This document shows, one piece after another, positions 36,558 to 46,103 of a DNA stretch of 64,000 nt (the stretch's first letter is position 1; each line of letters opens with the position of its first letter). The notes below the pieces were generated by a model. It did not search any database. It saw only the letters and a program-made list of their open reading frames with translations, and was not told the origin of the DNA. This DNA comes from Gemmatimonadota bacterium. GTDB taxonomy: Bacteria; Gemmatimonadota; Gemmatimonadetes; Palauibacterales; KS3-K002. The translations under genes and the position numbers were made by a program. Where the stretch lies: the NCBI GenBank assembly GCA_039586795.1, contig JBDHJS010000002.1, positions 64,001 to 128,000 of the forward strand, read 5' to 3'.

Positions 36558-37379
36558 ATGTGGAAAAGACAAGCGCCTCTCTATCTGGTGCTCCTCGCCC
36601 TCGTTCTGTCGCCGTTCTTGCTCGGCGCGGGTTGTGGCGATTCCGATCCGACGGGCCTAGACGGCGACGGCGATGGCGACGGACCCCCACCCCCCACGGC
36701 GGGGATCACGTTCGCTGAGCAAGTCGCCTGCGCCGCGGAGTGCATGGAGGACTACGGTACAGTGCTCGACGTGTTGATCCACGTACTGAAGAAAGTCGAC
36801 GAGCCGCTCTCACATAGCCTGCCGCCCGGCATCTGGCTCGACACAGCGCTTCTGGAGTTCGGTTCTGATCTCCACCTGGATACCAGTCCCGGTATCGATG
36901 GCATTCTTGAGGGCAGGGTCAGGGAGCCGCCGGCCAACCCCGGAGCCTGCAAGGACGGAATGCAGCAGCACGACGTCTGCATTTTCGAATGGGATATGAC
37001 CGTGCCTCTCACACCTGACGATACGATCGCCAAAGGCACCTACAGTGCGGTCGATATGGGGATCACCGGACCGCCGCTCAACAGCACGGCGACGCGTTAT
37101 GTGATCGTCGACCGCAACACGGAGCTGTTCGCGTCAGACGATTGCTATGTGGAGATCACCGGGTTCGACATGTACTGGCACCTCCCGTTGGATGACAACT
37201 ACTCGTTCATGCTCAATTTCACGGTCCACTACTCGGAGGGCACTGACACGTCGACACTCAACGGATCGGTGATCGGCAGCGGTGACCCCAATGTGACTTT
37301 GACCTTTACCTCCGGCACGCAGACATACGACTGCACGTTCAATCTCGACACGTACGCGCTGTCATGCCCCAGCTCGTAG
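36558..37379 (+). CDS. Hypothetical acidic, Cys-containing lipoprotein
   Basis: GGAGG RBS, lipobox GAGC, GD/Pro linker, paired cysteines. Confidence 0.7.
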   Translation: MWKRQAPLYLVLLALVLSPFLLGAGCGDSDPTGLDGDGDGDGPPPPTAGITFAEQVACAAECMEDYGTVLDVLIHVLKKVDEPLSHSLPPGIWLDTALLEFGSDLHLDTSPGIDGILEGRVREPPANPGACKDGMQQHDVCIFEWDMTVPLTPDDTIAKGTYSAVDMGITGPPLNSTATRYVIVDRNTELFASDDCYVEITGFDMYWHLPLDDNYSFMLNFTVHYSEGTDTSTLNGSVIGSGDPNVTLTFTSGTQTYDCTFNLDTYALSCPSS

Positions 37380-37457
37380 TCGCGCGCTGACAGACTCAGC
37401 CTGGACCCCACCGGGATGCGGGTTGCGCGCGCCCGCATCCCGCCCTCTTTTCGGTGC

Positions 37458-37985
37458 ATGAGCAAGAACAAATTCCCGCTGCTGGTCGGCGACTCGCCGC
37501 TGGAGAAGGTCCATCCGGTCTCCTACTCGCAACAGACGATGACGTACCTGGCGGCGCCCAACGATGCCAACCTGCGAGGCAGCCTGTTCGGCGGCGTGGT
37601 GCTGGCGCTGGTGGATAAGATCGCCTACGTGACGGCGACGCGGCACGCCGACTGCCCCACCGTGACCGCGTCATTCGATCAGGTCGACTTTCGCTCTCCC
37701 ATCGATATCGGTGAGATCGTAACGCTGCACGCTTCGGTGAACTTCGCGGGGAAGACGTCGATGGAGATTGGCGTTCGCGTGATGGCGGAATCGGTGACTG
37801 GCGGCGAGCCGCGGCACACCAACTCGTGCTACGTGACTATGGTTGCGCTGGACGAGAACGGTAGGCCGCAGGTCGTGCCGAAGTTGGCGATTGAGAATGA
37901 AGTCCAGCTCCGACGCTTCGAGGATGCTGTTAAGCGTCGGGAGGCGCGGTTGCATCTTGCGGCTGAGAGGAAGAGTAGGCGGTAG
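37458..37985 (+). CDS. Acyl-CoA thioesterase (hotdog fold, YciA-like)
   Basis: PNDANLRGSLFGG, TVTASFDQVDF, GKTSMEIGV. Confidence 0.9.
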   Translation: MSKNKFPLLVGDSPLEKVHPVSYSQQTMTYLAAPNDANLRGSLFGGVVLALVDKIAYVTATRHADCPTVTASFDQVDFRSPIDIGEIVTLHASVNFAGKTSMEIGVRVMAESVTGGEPRHTNSCYVTMVALDENGRPQVVPKLAIENEVQLRRFEDAVKRREARLHLAAERKSRR

Positions 37986-38108
37986 GGAGACAGTAAGCGG
38001 TAGACGGTTGACGGTGGACAGTAGACGGTAGCATCAAGAAAGCGGTGAGGGGCTTATCGCCACTCACCGCTCGGCATTCTCGGTTACCGTCTACCGTCTA
38101 CCGTCTAC
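37981..38108. repeat. Palindromic 7-nt-period repeat (CGGTAGA)n/(TCTACCG)n (family C)
   Basis: CGGTAGACGGTTGACGGTGGACAGTAGACGGTAG...TACCGTCTACCGTCTACCGTCTAC between convergent genes. Confidence 0.75.
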
Positions 38109-38683
38109 TTTCTACCCACGACCTCCGTCTCCGGCTCACCCTTCAACGCCCGCAACACCTCCGGTCCGTAGAACATACCAATGTACTTCGCCTGGATCGG
38201 CGTGACCCGTCGCACGGCCCAAACCAGTTCCACGTGGTTCGGCTCCAGAGCCAGGTTGAGGGGCCGCATGCCCGCCTCTTCCGGAGTCTGGTTCCCCTTC
38301 CGGTGATTACAGCGTGTGCACGCGGTGATCACGTTGTCCCAGGTGTTTTTGCCGCCGCGACAGATCGGCATCAGGTGATCCCGGGTGAGGAACTCGCGAT
38401 GGCCCAGCTCGCGGCGGTGGCGTCCGCAGTACTGGCACGTATAACTGTCGCGAGCGAACAGGAACGTGTTGGTCACATGTCGGCGGAAGCGGCGCGGCAC
38501 GTGGACGAAGCTGACCAGACGGATGACGACGGGCGCGGGGTATACGAAGTTCTCCGACCGGAACGGGCGTGCCTCATCGACCTCGAGGGCCTCGGCCTTC
38601 CGGTCGATGATCAGCCGCAGCGCCCGGCGCACGGGCACGATCGTGAGTGGCTCGTAGGACGCGTTGAGCGTCAAACACCCCAT
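38105..38683 (-). CDS. HNH endonuclease
   Basis: LNASYEPL, RDSYTCQYCG, TRDHLMP..RGG..TWDNVITAC..CN.RKG. Confidence 0.93.
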   Translation of the reverse strand: MGCLTLNASYEPLTIVPVRRALRLIIDRKAEALEVDEARPFRSENFVYPAPVVIRLVSFVHVPRRFRRHVTNTFLFARDSYTCQYCGRHRRELGHREFLTRDHLMPICRGGKNTWDNVITACTRCNHRKGNQTPEEAGMRPLNLALEPNHVELVWAVRRVTPIQAKYIGMFYGPEVLRALKGEPETEVVGRK

Positions 38684-38881
38684 CTGGTAGCTCTCCTCGC
38701 TAGTATGGTGCCAGAGAGACGCTCTGATTCTCTACTGGCGGGGAGCAAAAGTCAAGAAACGAGCGGGTAAACGGCCCGGCAGAGAAAAAACCGTGACATC
38801 CCGGGCGAAAAACGGCGCCCGTTAACAATAAAACACTTGTTTCCGCGAAATGTGCCATGCCGCGTCGAGCGGCTCGGCGGC

Positions 38882-41170
38882 CTACAGAAGGCTCGTCGGG
38901 TCTCGGTCGACCTCGACGCGAAGGCCGCTGGTTGGAGGCTCGAAGCGGGCGGCAAAGTAGCGCAAGACTTTTCCGAGAGCCTCGGGGTTGGGCGATTTGA
39001 GGAGCAGGTGCCAGCGCCAGCGGCCGCGAATCCGGTCGATGGGGCAGGGGGCGGGACCGACGAGGGCGATATCGCTCAGACTTCGTGCCGCGAAGAGCCC
39101 CTCCAGCCAGGCCGAGGCGGCGTCGGCAGCCTCCTGTACCCGTCTTTCGACCGTGCCCGAAATGACCACGTTTGCCAGTCGAGTCTTCGGAGGATAGCTA
39201 GGCGCCTCCCGCTCCTCGAGCTCTCGGGCGGCGAAGCCTTCATAGTCGTGATCCAGGGCGTAGCGGACGGCGTAATGGCCCGGCAGTGAGGTCTGGATGA
39301 TCACCTCGCCGCCAGCCGGTCCGCGGCCGGCTCGTCCTGCGACCTGCGTCAGGAGTTGAAAGGTCCTTTCGGTGGCGCGGAAGTCGGGGAGGCTGAGGCC
39401 CACGTCGGCGTTGATCACGCCGACCAAAGTCACATTCGGGAAGTCGAGGCCCTTGGCGATCATCTGCGTGCCCAGCAGCACGTCGACGTCCCCGCGTCCG
39501 ACTCGGCCGAGGATGTCATGGTGCGACCATTTGCCGCTGGTCGTATCCACATCCATGCGAGCCAGTCGGGCCTCGGGGTAGATCTCACCCAGCACGCGCT
39601 CGACCTGTTCGGTTCCTACCCCTCTGTGGCTCAAGTTCACGGATCCGCACTCGTCGCACGCTTCGGGCACCGGCTCCTGGTGATTGCAGTGGTGGCAGAC
39701 CAGCCGCTGCGGGCGTCGGTGTTCGGTCAGCGACACGTTGCACTGTCGGCAGGCCCGGACGTCGCCACAGTCCCTGCACTGAACGAATGTGGAATAGCCC
39801 CGCCGATTGAGCAGTAGAATGGCCTGCTGGCCGTGCGCGAGCCGGTCTCCCAGAGCGTCGCGAAGCGCATCAGAGAAGACCAGCGGGCCCGCGCCACCTC
39901 CGTTGCCGGCAGTGGCGCGGGCCGTGCGCTCCTCGCGCAGATCGACGACGCGGACCTCGGGCAGGCCGACGCCGATCCGCTCCGGTAGCTCCAGGAGCTC
40001 CCAGTTCCCCGAGCGGGCGTTGTCCCAGGTTTCCAGGGCCGGCGTGGCGGACCCAAGCAAACAGATGGCGCCGGCGTCACGGCAGCGGACGACGGCGACT
40101 TCCCGGGCGTGGTAGCGCGGCGAGGGATCGCTCTGCTTGTAAGAGCCCTCGTGCTCCTCGTCGATGATGATCGCGCCGAGATCGCGCACGGGAGCGAAGA
40201 CGGCGGAGCGAGCGCCGATGACGATCCGTTTTTCTCCGGCGCGCAGAGATCTCCAGGCCGCGTAGCGCTCTCCCTCGCTCAGGGCGGAGTGGAGCAGCGC
40301 CACGTCGTCACCGAAGGCGGCCCGGAAGCGGCTGAGCGTCTGTGGTGTGAGGGAGATTTCGGGCACCAGCAGGATGGCGCCTTTGCCGCGGCGCGTCACC
40401 AGCTCGCGTAGAAGCTCGATGTAGACGAGGGTCTTGCCCGATCCGGTGACGCCCTTGAGCACGAAGGTGCGTGCCGGTCCGGCGGCGGCCGATTCGATCA
40501 GACGTTCGATAACCGCCGCCTGCGCCGCGGTGGGTGTGTGCTTCGGTTCCTGGTCGACGGGAAGCCCTGCGAACGGATCGCCCCGCGCCTCCTCACGGAC
40601 CCCGGCGACGCCCTTCTGAACCAGGCCATGTACGACTGACCGGCTGATGCCGAGTTGCTCGACGAGGTGCGTGACCTCCGCCTGACCGCCAACGGTTTCC
40701 AGATATTCGAACAACTCTCGCTGCCGGCGCGCCCGGCCGAACACGGTATCGCGCTCTTGCAGGCTCGGTAATTCGTTTGAGATCTGAACGACCTGGCGAG
40801 TCTGCTGCGGCGGTGTGGTGTCGGGTGCCGTGCCCTCTGGCGATTCTGCTGAGAGCGAAGCCGGGAGTGCGGCGCGGTAGACCAATCCGAGTGGCGCCGC
40901 GTAGTAGCTGGCGACCCAGCGACAGAGTCCCATGAAGTGCGGGTCGAGGACCGGCTCGGGGTCCGGGACATGGAGAATGTCGCGGACGCCCGGGGGCAGT
41001 TCATCTGGCTTGGTGCAGACTTCGTCGACCCAACCGATGAGGCGGCGACGGCGGAACGGCACGACGACGCGGCGGCCCGGCTCGATGTCGCGGATCAGCT
41101 CATCGGGTATCCGATAGAGGAAGGTCTGGTAGAGCGGTCGTGGGACCGCGATGCGGGCATACGAGCTCAC
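38882..41170 (-). CDS. priA: Primosomal protein N' (replication restart helicase)
   Basis: GVTGSGKT, LVPEISLTPQ, DEEH, NRRGYS, four CxxC motifs, GTQMIAKGLDFP, QVAGRAGR. Confidence 0.98.
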   Translation of the reverse strand: MSSYARIAVPRPLYQTFLYRIPDELIRDIEPGRRVVVPFRRRRLIGWVDEVCTKPDELPPGVRDILHVPDPEPVLDPHFMGLCRWVASYYAAPLGLVYRAALPASLSAESPEGTAPDTTPPQQTRQVVQISNELPSLQERDTVFGRARRQRELFEYLETVGGQAEVTHLVEQLGISRSVVHGLVQKGVAGVREEARGDPFAGLPVDQEPKHTPTAAQAAVIERLIESAAAGPARTFVLKGVTGSGKTLVYIELLRELVTRRGKGAILLVPEISLTPQTLSRFRAAFGDDVALLHSALSEGERYAAWRSLRAGEKRIVIGARSAVFAPVRDLGAIIIDEEHEGSYKQSDPSPRYHAREVAVVRCRDAGAICLLGSATPALETWDNARSGNWELLELPERIGVGLPEVRVVDLREERTARATAGNGGGAGPLVFSDALRDALGDRLAHGQQAILLLNRRGYSTFVQCRDCGDVRACRQCNVSLTEHRRPQRLVCHHCNHQEPVPEACDECGSVNLSHRGVGTEQVERVLGEIYPEARLARMDVDTTSGKWSHHDILGRVGRGDVDVLLGTQMIAKGLDFPNVTLVGVINADVGLSLPDFRATERTFQLLTQVAGRAGRGPAGGEVIIQTSLPGHYAVRYALDHDYEGFAARELEEREAPSYPPKTRLANVVISGTVERRVQEAADAASAWLEGLFAARSLSDIALVGPAPCPIDRIRGRWRWHLLLKSPNPEALGKVLRYFAARFEPPTSGLRVEVDRDPTSLL

Positions 41171-42930
41171 GGCAATGGATCGACGATCTCCCGGACGGCC
41201 GCCGCCGCATCCGAGAGCACGGCGGTCGCCTCGCGGGACGTTCGGGCTGTGGTCAACGCCTGAAGGAAGCTATCCAAGTTGGACGGACGTTGGGACCTCG
41301 AGTCGACGATGGCGCCAGCGATGCGAGTCAGCTCTGGGCAGGAACCTGCGCCGACCCAGCCGATCTCGCACGCCTGCGTCACGAGTCGCTCCAGCCGCTC
41401 AGCCCGAGCCTTGGGATCGATGGTTTCCAGCTTGTCCGGACCTATCGTCCAACCGGCGTGGCTGTTCTGAAGGAACCGGCCGTCCGATTCGCAGCGCCGG
41501 GGCAGGCCGAGGGCGGCCTGGATCCGGTATTCGACGATGCCGGGCCGCGTCCCCTCATCAGCCGAAATCACGAAGCCCTGCTTGATCGAGCCCGGGGCGA
41601 TATTCTCCTCGATCGGGCCCAGTGCGTTGGACCAGCGAAGCCAATCCCCCTGGTCCAGCAGATCCATGCCCCACCCTTCCGGCGCGGCGCTGCGGTCTAC
41701 GTGTCCGTCGACTTCAACGGCGAGCGCGCCGACCGCCGCGTCGTCGGTCTCGGAGACCTGGGCAGCATAACTGTAGACCTGGGGTGCGTCGGGGCTCCAG
41801 CGGGCGTGTAACGAAGCCTGTACCCGATCGCCTCCGTCCGCCGGGCGGCGACAACTCGGCAAGTCGAAATCGAAGCGCTGGTCGTCCCGGGGTCCGTGGA
41901 CCCAAAGTCGGCCGGGGATAGCGGGGTCGTCGGTCGTGCCGATCGATGTCGCCGGCAGATCGAACGGTACGACGAGGTGAAAGTCGGCTGCGTGACTCCC
42001 GTCCCGCAGACTGTAAACCGCGCCGCCGCCTAGCGCGACGGCAGTCTCGGCGAATCGAGTCGCACGGCGTAGAGGGCGACGCTCGATGTCGATGAGGACG
42101 AGCATGCGACCGTCGAGCACCAGTCGAGGTTGGACCAATCCGTATCCCTCGAGATCCAGCGGTGGCCCGATCTCGCCCGACCGCACGTCCACGAGTTGGT
42201 AGCGGTCATGACCGACGTCGATCCGGTAGAGCAGCACGTCGCCCCAAGCGTCGGCGACTACGGCGTTCACTTGATCGAACCAGCGCCGGTGATCGAAGGC
42301 GGCGGCCACCTGATCCCGTTGCGTGTCCAGGAGAAGCGGTCTTCCGATGGGATCGAGGGTCCACGCGTACCAGTCGCGGCCGACAAATCCCGCGGCGCGC
42401 TCGTCAGGTAGAAACTGATTGGTGCGGCCCAGGGAGCGGAGCGATTCGCTGTCGTAGATATGAGTCTCGGCCAAGAACCCGGGCCCGTACCAATGGACGT
42501 AGATCTTCGTGGATTGAGGAGGAACGAGCATCTGCAACCAGGTGGGGACGAGCGAGCCAAACGGTGGATCGATCGTGCGCGATTCGCGCCGCACCAGGTC
42601 GAGCTCGATGAGGCGGAGCGCTCCCGCCGCGTCGATCGCCGTGAAGTAGATGCGACCGCGCTCCGGCAGCTCGAGAATCTGCCCGGTGAGCAGGCGCATG
42701 GGTACCCGTACCGCAATCGGATCGATCGGCGGGGGTGCGGCCAGGTAACCTGGCGCCACCCGTTCGACACGCACCCCAAGGAAAGTCTGGTAGGTCGTCA
42801 GCGGCGGCTCGAGGGTGTAGAACTGACCGATAGCTTTGCCACCGTCGAACTGCGCTGCCGCGACTCCCGGTAATGACGTGAGTGATACCGCGAGGATGAT
42901 ACCGCCTAAGGCGCGCCGAGAAGCTGTCAC
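41167..42930 (-). CDS. Hypothetical secreted protein
   Basis: Signal peptide ending AAA-Q; 4-nt overlaps with both neighbours; no family recognised. Confidence 0.6.
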   Translation of the reverse strand: MTASRRALGGIILAVSLTSLPGVAAAQFDGGKAIGQFYTLEPPLTTYQTFLGVRVERVAPGYLAAPPPIDPIAVRVPMRLLTGQILELPERGRIYFTAIDAAGALRLIELDLVRRESRTIDPPFGSLVPTWLQMLVPPQSTKIYVHWYGPGFLAETHIYDSESLRSLGRTNQFLPDERAAGFVGRDWYAWTLDPIGRPLLLDTQRDQVAAAFDHRRWFDQVNAVVADAWGDVLLYRIDVGHDRYQLVDVRSGEIGPPLDLEGYGLVQPRLVLDGRMLVLIDIERRPLRRATRFAETAVALGGGAVYSLRDGSHAADFHLVVPFDLPATSIGTTDDPAIPGRLWVHGPRDDQRFDFDLPSCRRPADGGDRVQASLHARWSPDAPQVYSYAAQVSETDDAAVGALAVEVDGHVDRSAAPEGWGMDLLDQGDWLRWSNALGPIEENIAPGSIKQGFVISADEGTRPGIVEYRIQAALGLPRRCESDGRFLQNSHAGWTIGPDKLETIDPKARAERLERLVTQACEIGWVGAGSCPELTRIAGAIVDSRSQRPSNLDSFLQALTTARTSREATAVLSDAAAAVREIVDPLP

Positions 42931-43949
42931 TTCTTCTTGACGCCGAGACCGGGCTCGGCGCTCAAGTGGATGCGGCCCCGGGCGATGCTGAGCCCGGAGA
43001 AAGGATCATCGGCCAGCAGCGCGGCGCCATCCAGATCGGTGTAGTCGACCAGTGGGGCCAGCTGCGCCGCGGCCGAGATGCCGAGAGAGGTCTCGACCAT
43101 ACAACCCAGCATGACCTTGAGGTTGTGCGCGCGTGCCGTGTGGATCATGCGAAGCGCCTCGGCGATACCTCCGCACTTCGCGAGCTTGATGTTGATGCCG
43201 TCCACGGCGCCGGCCAGCCGCGGGATGTCCATCGACGTGATGCAGGATTCGTCGGCGATGATCGGCAGCGGCGAGCGCTCGCGGACGAAACGCAAGCCAT
43301 CGATGTCGTGAGCGGCGACCGGCTGCTCCACAAACTCGATCGCGAACGGCTGCAGAGCTTCGATCCGCTCTACCGCCTGTCGTGGATGCCATGCGGTGTT
43401 CGCGTCGACGCGCAGTCGAACTTTCGGCGCCTCGTCTCGAACGATCGAGAGCGTCTCCTCGTCTCGCTCCGTGCCGACCTTGATCTTGAGTATCGGGTAT
43501 TCCTGCGCTTCGCGTAGCTTGGCGCGGATCACCTGCGGTTCATCGAGTCCAATGGTGAAGCTGGTCCAGGGCGAGCGACTGGGGTCGAGCCCGAGGAGCG
43601 CGTGTACGGGAACGCCGATCTTCTTGCCCATCAGGTCGTACAGCGCTGCGACGATGCCGGCCCGGGCCGAAGCGTTGCCGCCCAGATCCTCGAGACAGGC
43701 GACCTCTATCTCCTGCACGGCGAAGGGATTGCATGCGGATTCAACGCTGCCGCGGTATACCTCTAGCGCCGCTTTGACCGTTTCCGGCGTCTCGCCGTAG
43801 TACTGGACCGGGTTCGCCTCGCCCCAGCCGGTCACACCATCGTCATCGGTGAGGCGGATCCAGACCGCCCAGTCGTCGCCGTGGCCGCCCCGTGCGATGT
43901 TGAACGGGTGCCGGGTCCGTAGCGCCTCGACTTCGTACTCAAGCTTCAT
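42927..43949 (-). CDS. Dipeptide epimerase (L-Ala-D/L-Glu epimerase, enolase superfamily)
   Basis: KIKVG, VDAN, EQP, ADES, NIKLAKCGG, GCMVE, DLDG. Confidence 0.92.
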   Translation of the reverse strand: MKLEYEVEALRTRHPFNIARGGHGDDWAVWIRLTDDDGVTGWGEANPVQYYGETPETVKAALEVYRGSVESACNPFAVQEIEVACLEDLGGNASARAGIVAALYDLMGKKIGVPVHALLGLDPSRSPWTSFTIGLDEPQVIRAKLREAQEYPILKIKVGTERDEETLSIVRDEAPKVRLRVDANTAWHPRQAVERIEALQPFAIEFVEQPVAAHDIDGLRFVRERSPLPIIADESCITSMDIPRLAGAVDGINIKLAKCGGIAEALRMIHTARAHNLKVMLGCMVETSLGISAAAQLAPLVDYTDLDGAALLADDPFSGLSIARGRIHLSAEPGLGVKKK

Positions 43950-43969
43950 ATCACTCCTCAGCAAACAAC

Positions 43970-44078
43970 GTCGTACTCGTTACTCCTGATCGTACTCGTA
44001 ATCCTACTCGTACTCGGGTCCAGCGCGAGTAGGAGTACGATAACGAGTACGATCACCAGTACGAGTACAAGTACGATA
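43970..44078. repeat. Palindromic 6-nt-period repeat (CTCGTA)n/(TACGAG)n (family B)
   Basis: TCGTACTCGTTACTCCTGATCGTACTCGTAATCCTACTCG...CGAGTAGGAGTACGATAACGAGTACGATC. Confidence 0.8.
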
Positions 44079-44105
44079 AACACCACGGGAGGTTCGCGCT
44101 GGACC

Positions 44106-44810
44106 CTACTCCCCGGGGATTTCGCGGGGGAAGAACGTCATCCTCACGAAATCGTACGGCGGCCAGGAGGACACGTCGAACTGATACTCGGGGTTGTCAG
44201 CGTCCAGTTCGTCGGCGTACTCGATGAAGCTCACCCAGTCGGCGCGGTTGACGAGAAACGCGGCCGAGAGAATTCGCGAGCCCGTTGGCGGGAGCGTGAA
44301 CGCGGCGCGTGAGCGGCGTCGCAGCGAGGTGTAAAAGGCAGCGGTCTGATCGGCCTGCTCGCCTTCGCTCGTCTCGGGCCGGCGCCCCGAAGGCTGGATA
44401 TGGACGCGCATCTCGATAGCGCCTTCCAGATAGGCCAGCGCCTCTTCCAGCGCGACGTGCTGGTCTTCCAGGAACGCGGTGAGCTGTTGCTTGTCGCGGA
44501 ACACGACACCGTACGGAGCGGGTACGATGGTGCACCGACGGGTGGCCTTGTCGATCGTCAGGTGGTGATCCTGGACTTCACTACGATTCCACTCCGGCAA
44601 CCGATAGGGGACGGCGTGGACGAGGGCGGCCAGGCCGCGATGCTCGACCAGCTCGTCTTCGGCCGAGACGGCTAGCTTGGCCAGCGCGCGCTCGTGACCG
44701 CGCACGCTGACGACACCACGCAGCATGTACCCCGTGGTCTCGGTCGCCTCCGGCTCGTTCGAGTCGGCAGACGCGCGCGCTGCCGTCACAGGTTGCTCGA
44801 ACTCTCCCAT
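44106..44810 (-). CDS. GvpL/GvpF family protein (orphan)
   Basis: TIVPAPYGVVF, LEGAIEMRVH, ILSAAFLV, WPPYDFV C-terminal motif. Confidence 0.82.
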   Translation of the reverse strand: MGEFEQPVTAARASADSNEPEATETTGYMLRGVVSVRGHERALAKLAVSAEDELVEHRGLAALVHAVPYRLPEWNRSEVQDHHLTIDKATRRCTIVPAPYGVVFRDKQQLTAFLEDQHVALEEALAYLEGAIEMRVHIQPSGRRPETSEGEQADQTAAFYTSLRRRSRAAFTLPPTGSRILSAAFLVNRADWVSFIEYADELDADNPEYQFDVSSWPPYDFVRMTFFPREIPGE

Positions 44811-46018
44811 CCGTCACTCAGGAGTAAGTACATCTCGCTCTGTGGGTTCGGAGTCGTCACCTCGGGGCCGTCAGGGCCGATGAAGACGTTGATCTCGGAT
44901 CGCACTCCGAACTCGCCCTCGAAATAGACACCGGGCTCGACAGAGAATCCGATGCCGGGGAGCAGGACCCGCTCGTCCCGGGTCTCGACGCCATCGATGT
45001 TGGGGCCGAGTCCGTGCACCTCGTTATCGATCGAGTGTCCCGTACGATGGTTGAAGCGATCCAGAAAGCCGGCTTTCTCTATGACGGCCCGTGACGCGGC
45101 GTCGACGTCGCAGCCCCGGAGCGCTTTGCCCGGGTCCGCGAAAGTCGCCTCGGCGTACTCGACGGCGGCGACGCGGGCACCCTGCACGGCACGCCATACT
45201 TCCTGAACGTTGCCCGGTACTTCCGTCCCCATGAAGGCCATCCAAGTCTGATCGGCATACACCGACCCGGGCTCGTGTGCCCAGAGGTCGATGAGCAACA
45301 CCTGGCCTTCGACGATCGTCGACGAACTGTCCGGCGTCGGTTCGTAATGGCCGTCGGCCGCGTTGGGCCCTACACCGACAATCGTGTCGGTCTCGATCAG
45401 CCCCGCGTCGGAGCTCATCTTGATGATCGAATCCTTGAGCTCCCATTCGCTGAGCTTCGTGCCGGCCTTGACCGCATCGACGGCCTGCTTGTAGGCGCGC
45501 GAAGCGACGTTGGCCAGGATCTGCGATGCGCGTCGATGGCTTTCCAGTTCCGCTTCCGTCCACGCGGCGCCGAACAGCGTGACCAACTCGCTGGAATCGG
45601 CGAGGTTCACACCGGCACGCTTGATCAGGTCGAGAACACCCGCCGGTACGCGGTCGATCTGCGGGATCGCGTCCGACTCGGAATACTCGACCGCGATTCG
45701 TTGCCCTGGGTTGAGGATCTCGGCCAGCGTCTTCTCCAGCTCCTGCCACGTGAAGTAGACACGCACCGAACCGGTCCAGTCCGACCAGGGCGGCGTCTCC
45801 AGCTTGTGCGCGACGGCGACCGGCTTGCCTTCCACGGGAATCAAGACGAAGTACCGTCGACTGAGCGGGTTGGGTAGCCCGAGCACTCGGCCAGCGATGG
45901 GATTCGTGGCGTGGTAGTCGTAGAGCAGCCAGCCGTCCAGATCGCGATCTCGTAGCGCGGTCTGTATATCCTTCAGACGACTGTCGTCGATGTACGCGCG
46001 TTGTGCTGTGTGTGCCAT
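44786..46018 (-). CDS. Xaa-Pro peptidase family (M24) protein
   Basis: DGWLLYD, HYEP, LIDLWA, ADQT, HRTGHSI, SVEPGVY, GVRSE. Confidence 0.9.
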   Translation of the reverse strand: MAHTAQRAYIDDSRLKDIQTALRDRDLDGWLLYDYHATNPIAGRVLGLPNPLSRRYFVLIPVEGKPVAVAHKLETPPWSDWTGSVRVYFTWQELEKTLAEILNPGQRIAVEYSESDAIPQIDRVPAGVLDLIKRAGVNLADSSELVTLFGAAWTEAELESHRRASQILANVASRAYKQAVDAVKAGTKLSEWELKDSIIKMSSDAGLIETDTIVGVGPNAADGHYEPTPDSSSTIVEGQVLLIDLWAHEPGSVYADQTWMAFMGTEVPGNVQEVWRAVQGARVAAVEYAEATFADPGKALRGCDVDAASRAVIEKAGFLDRFNHRTGHSIDNEVHGLGPNIDGVETRDERVLLPGIGFSVEPGVYFEGEFGVRSEINVFIGPDGPEVTTPNPQSEMYLLLSDGWESSSNL

Positions 46019-46103
46019 TTATCGGTTTCTCATCTTCTACCTGAGTAAAATCGCTTTTGTTTCCGATGGTACCCTTTTGCCCAGCCACGATTGCGACTGC
46101 GGT

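Noticed and set aside
38105..38683. HNH gene as a mobile or defence element
   Set aside because: Common stand-alone type, with no methylase, integrase or terminal repeats nearby.
43970..44078. Possible CRISPR array in the short-period repeats
   Set aside because: Units are 6-8 nt with no unique spacers, and no cas genes are present.
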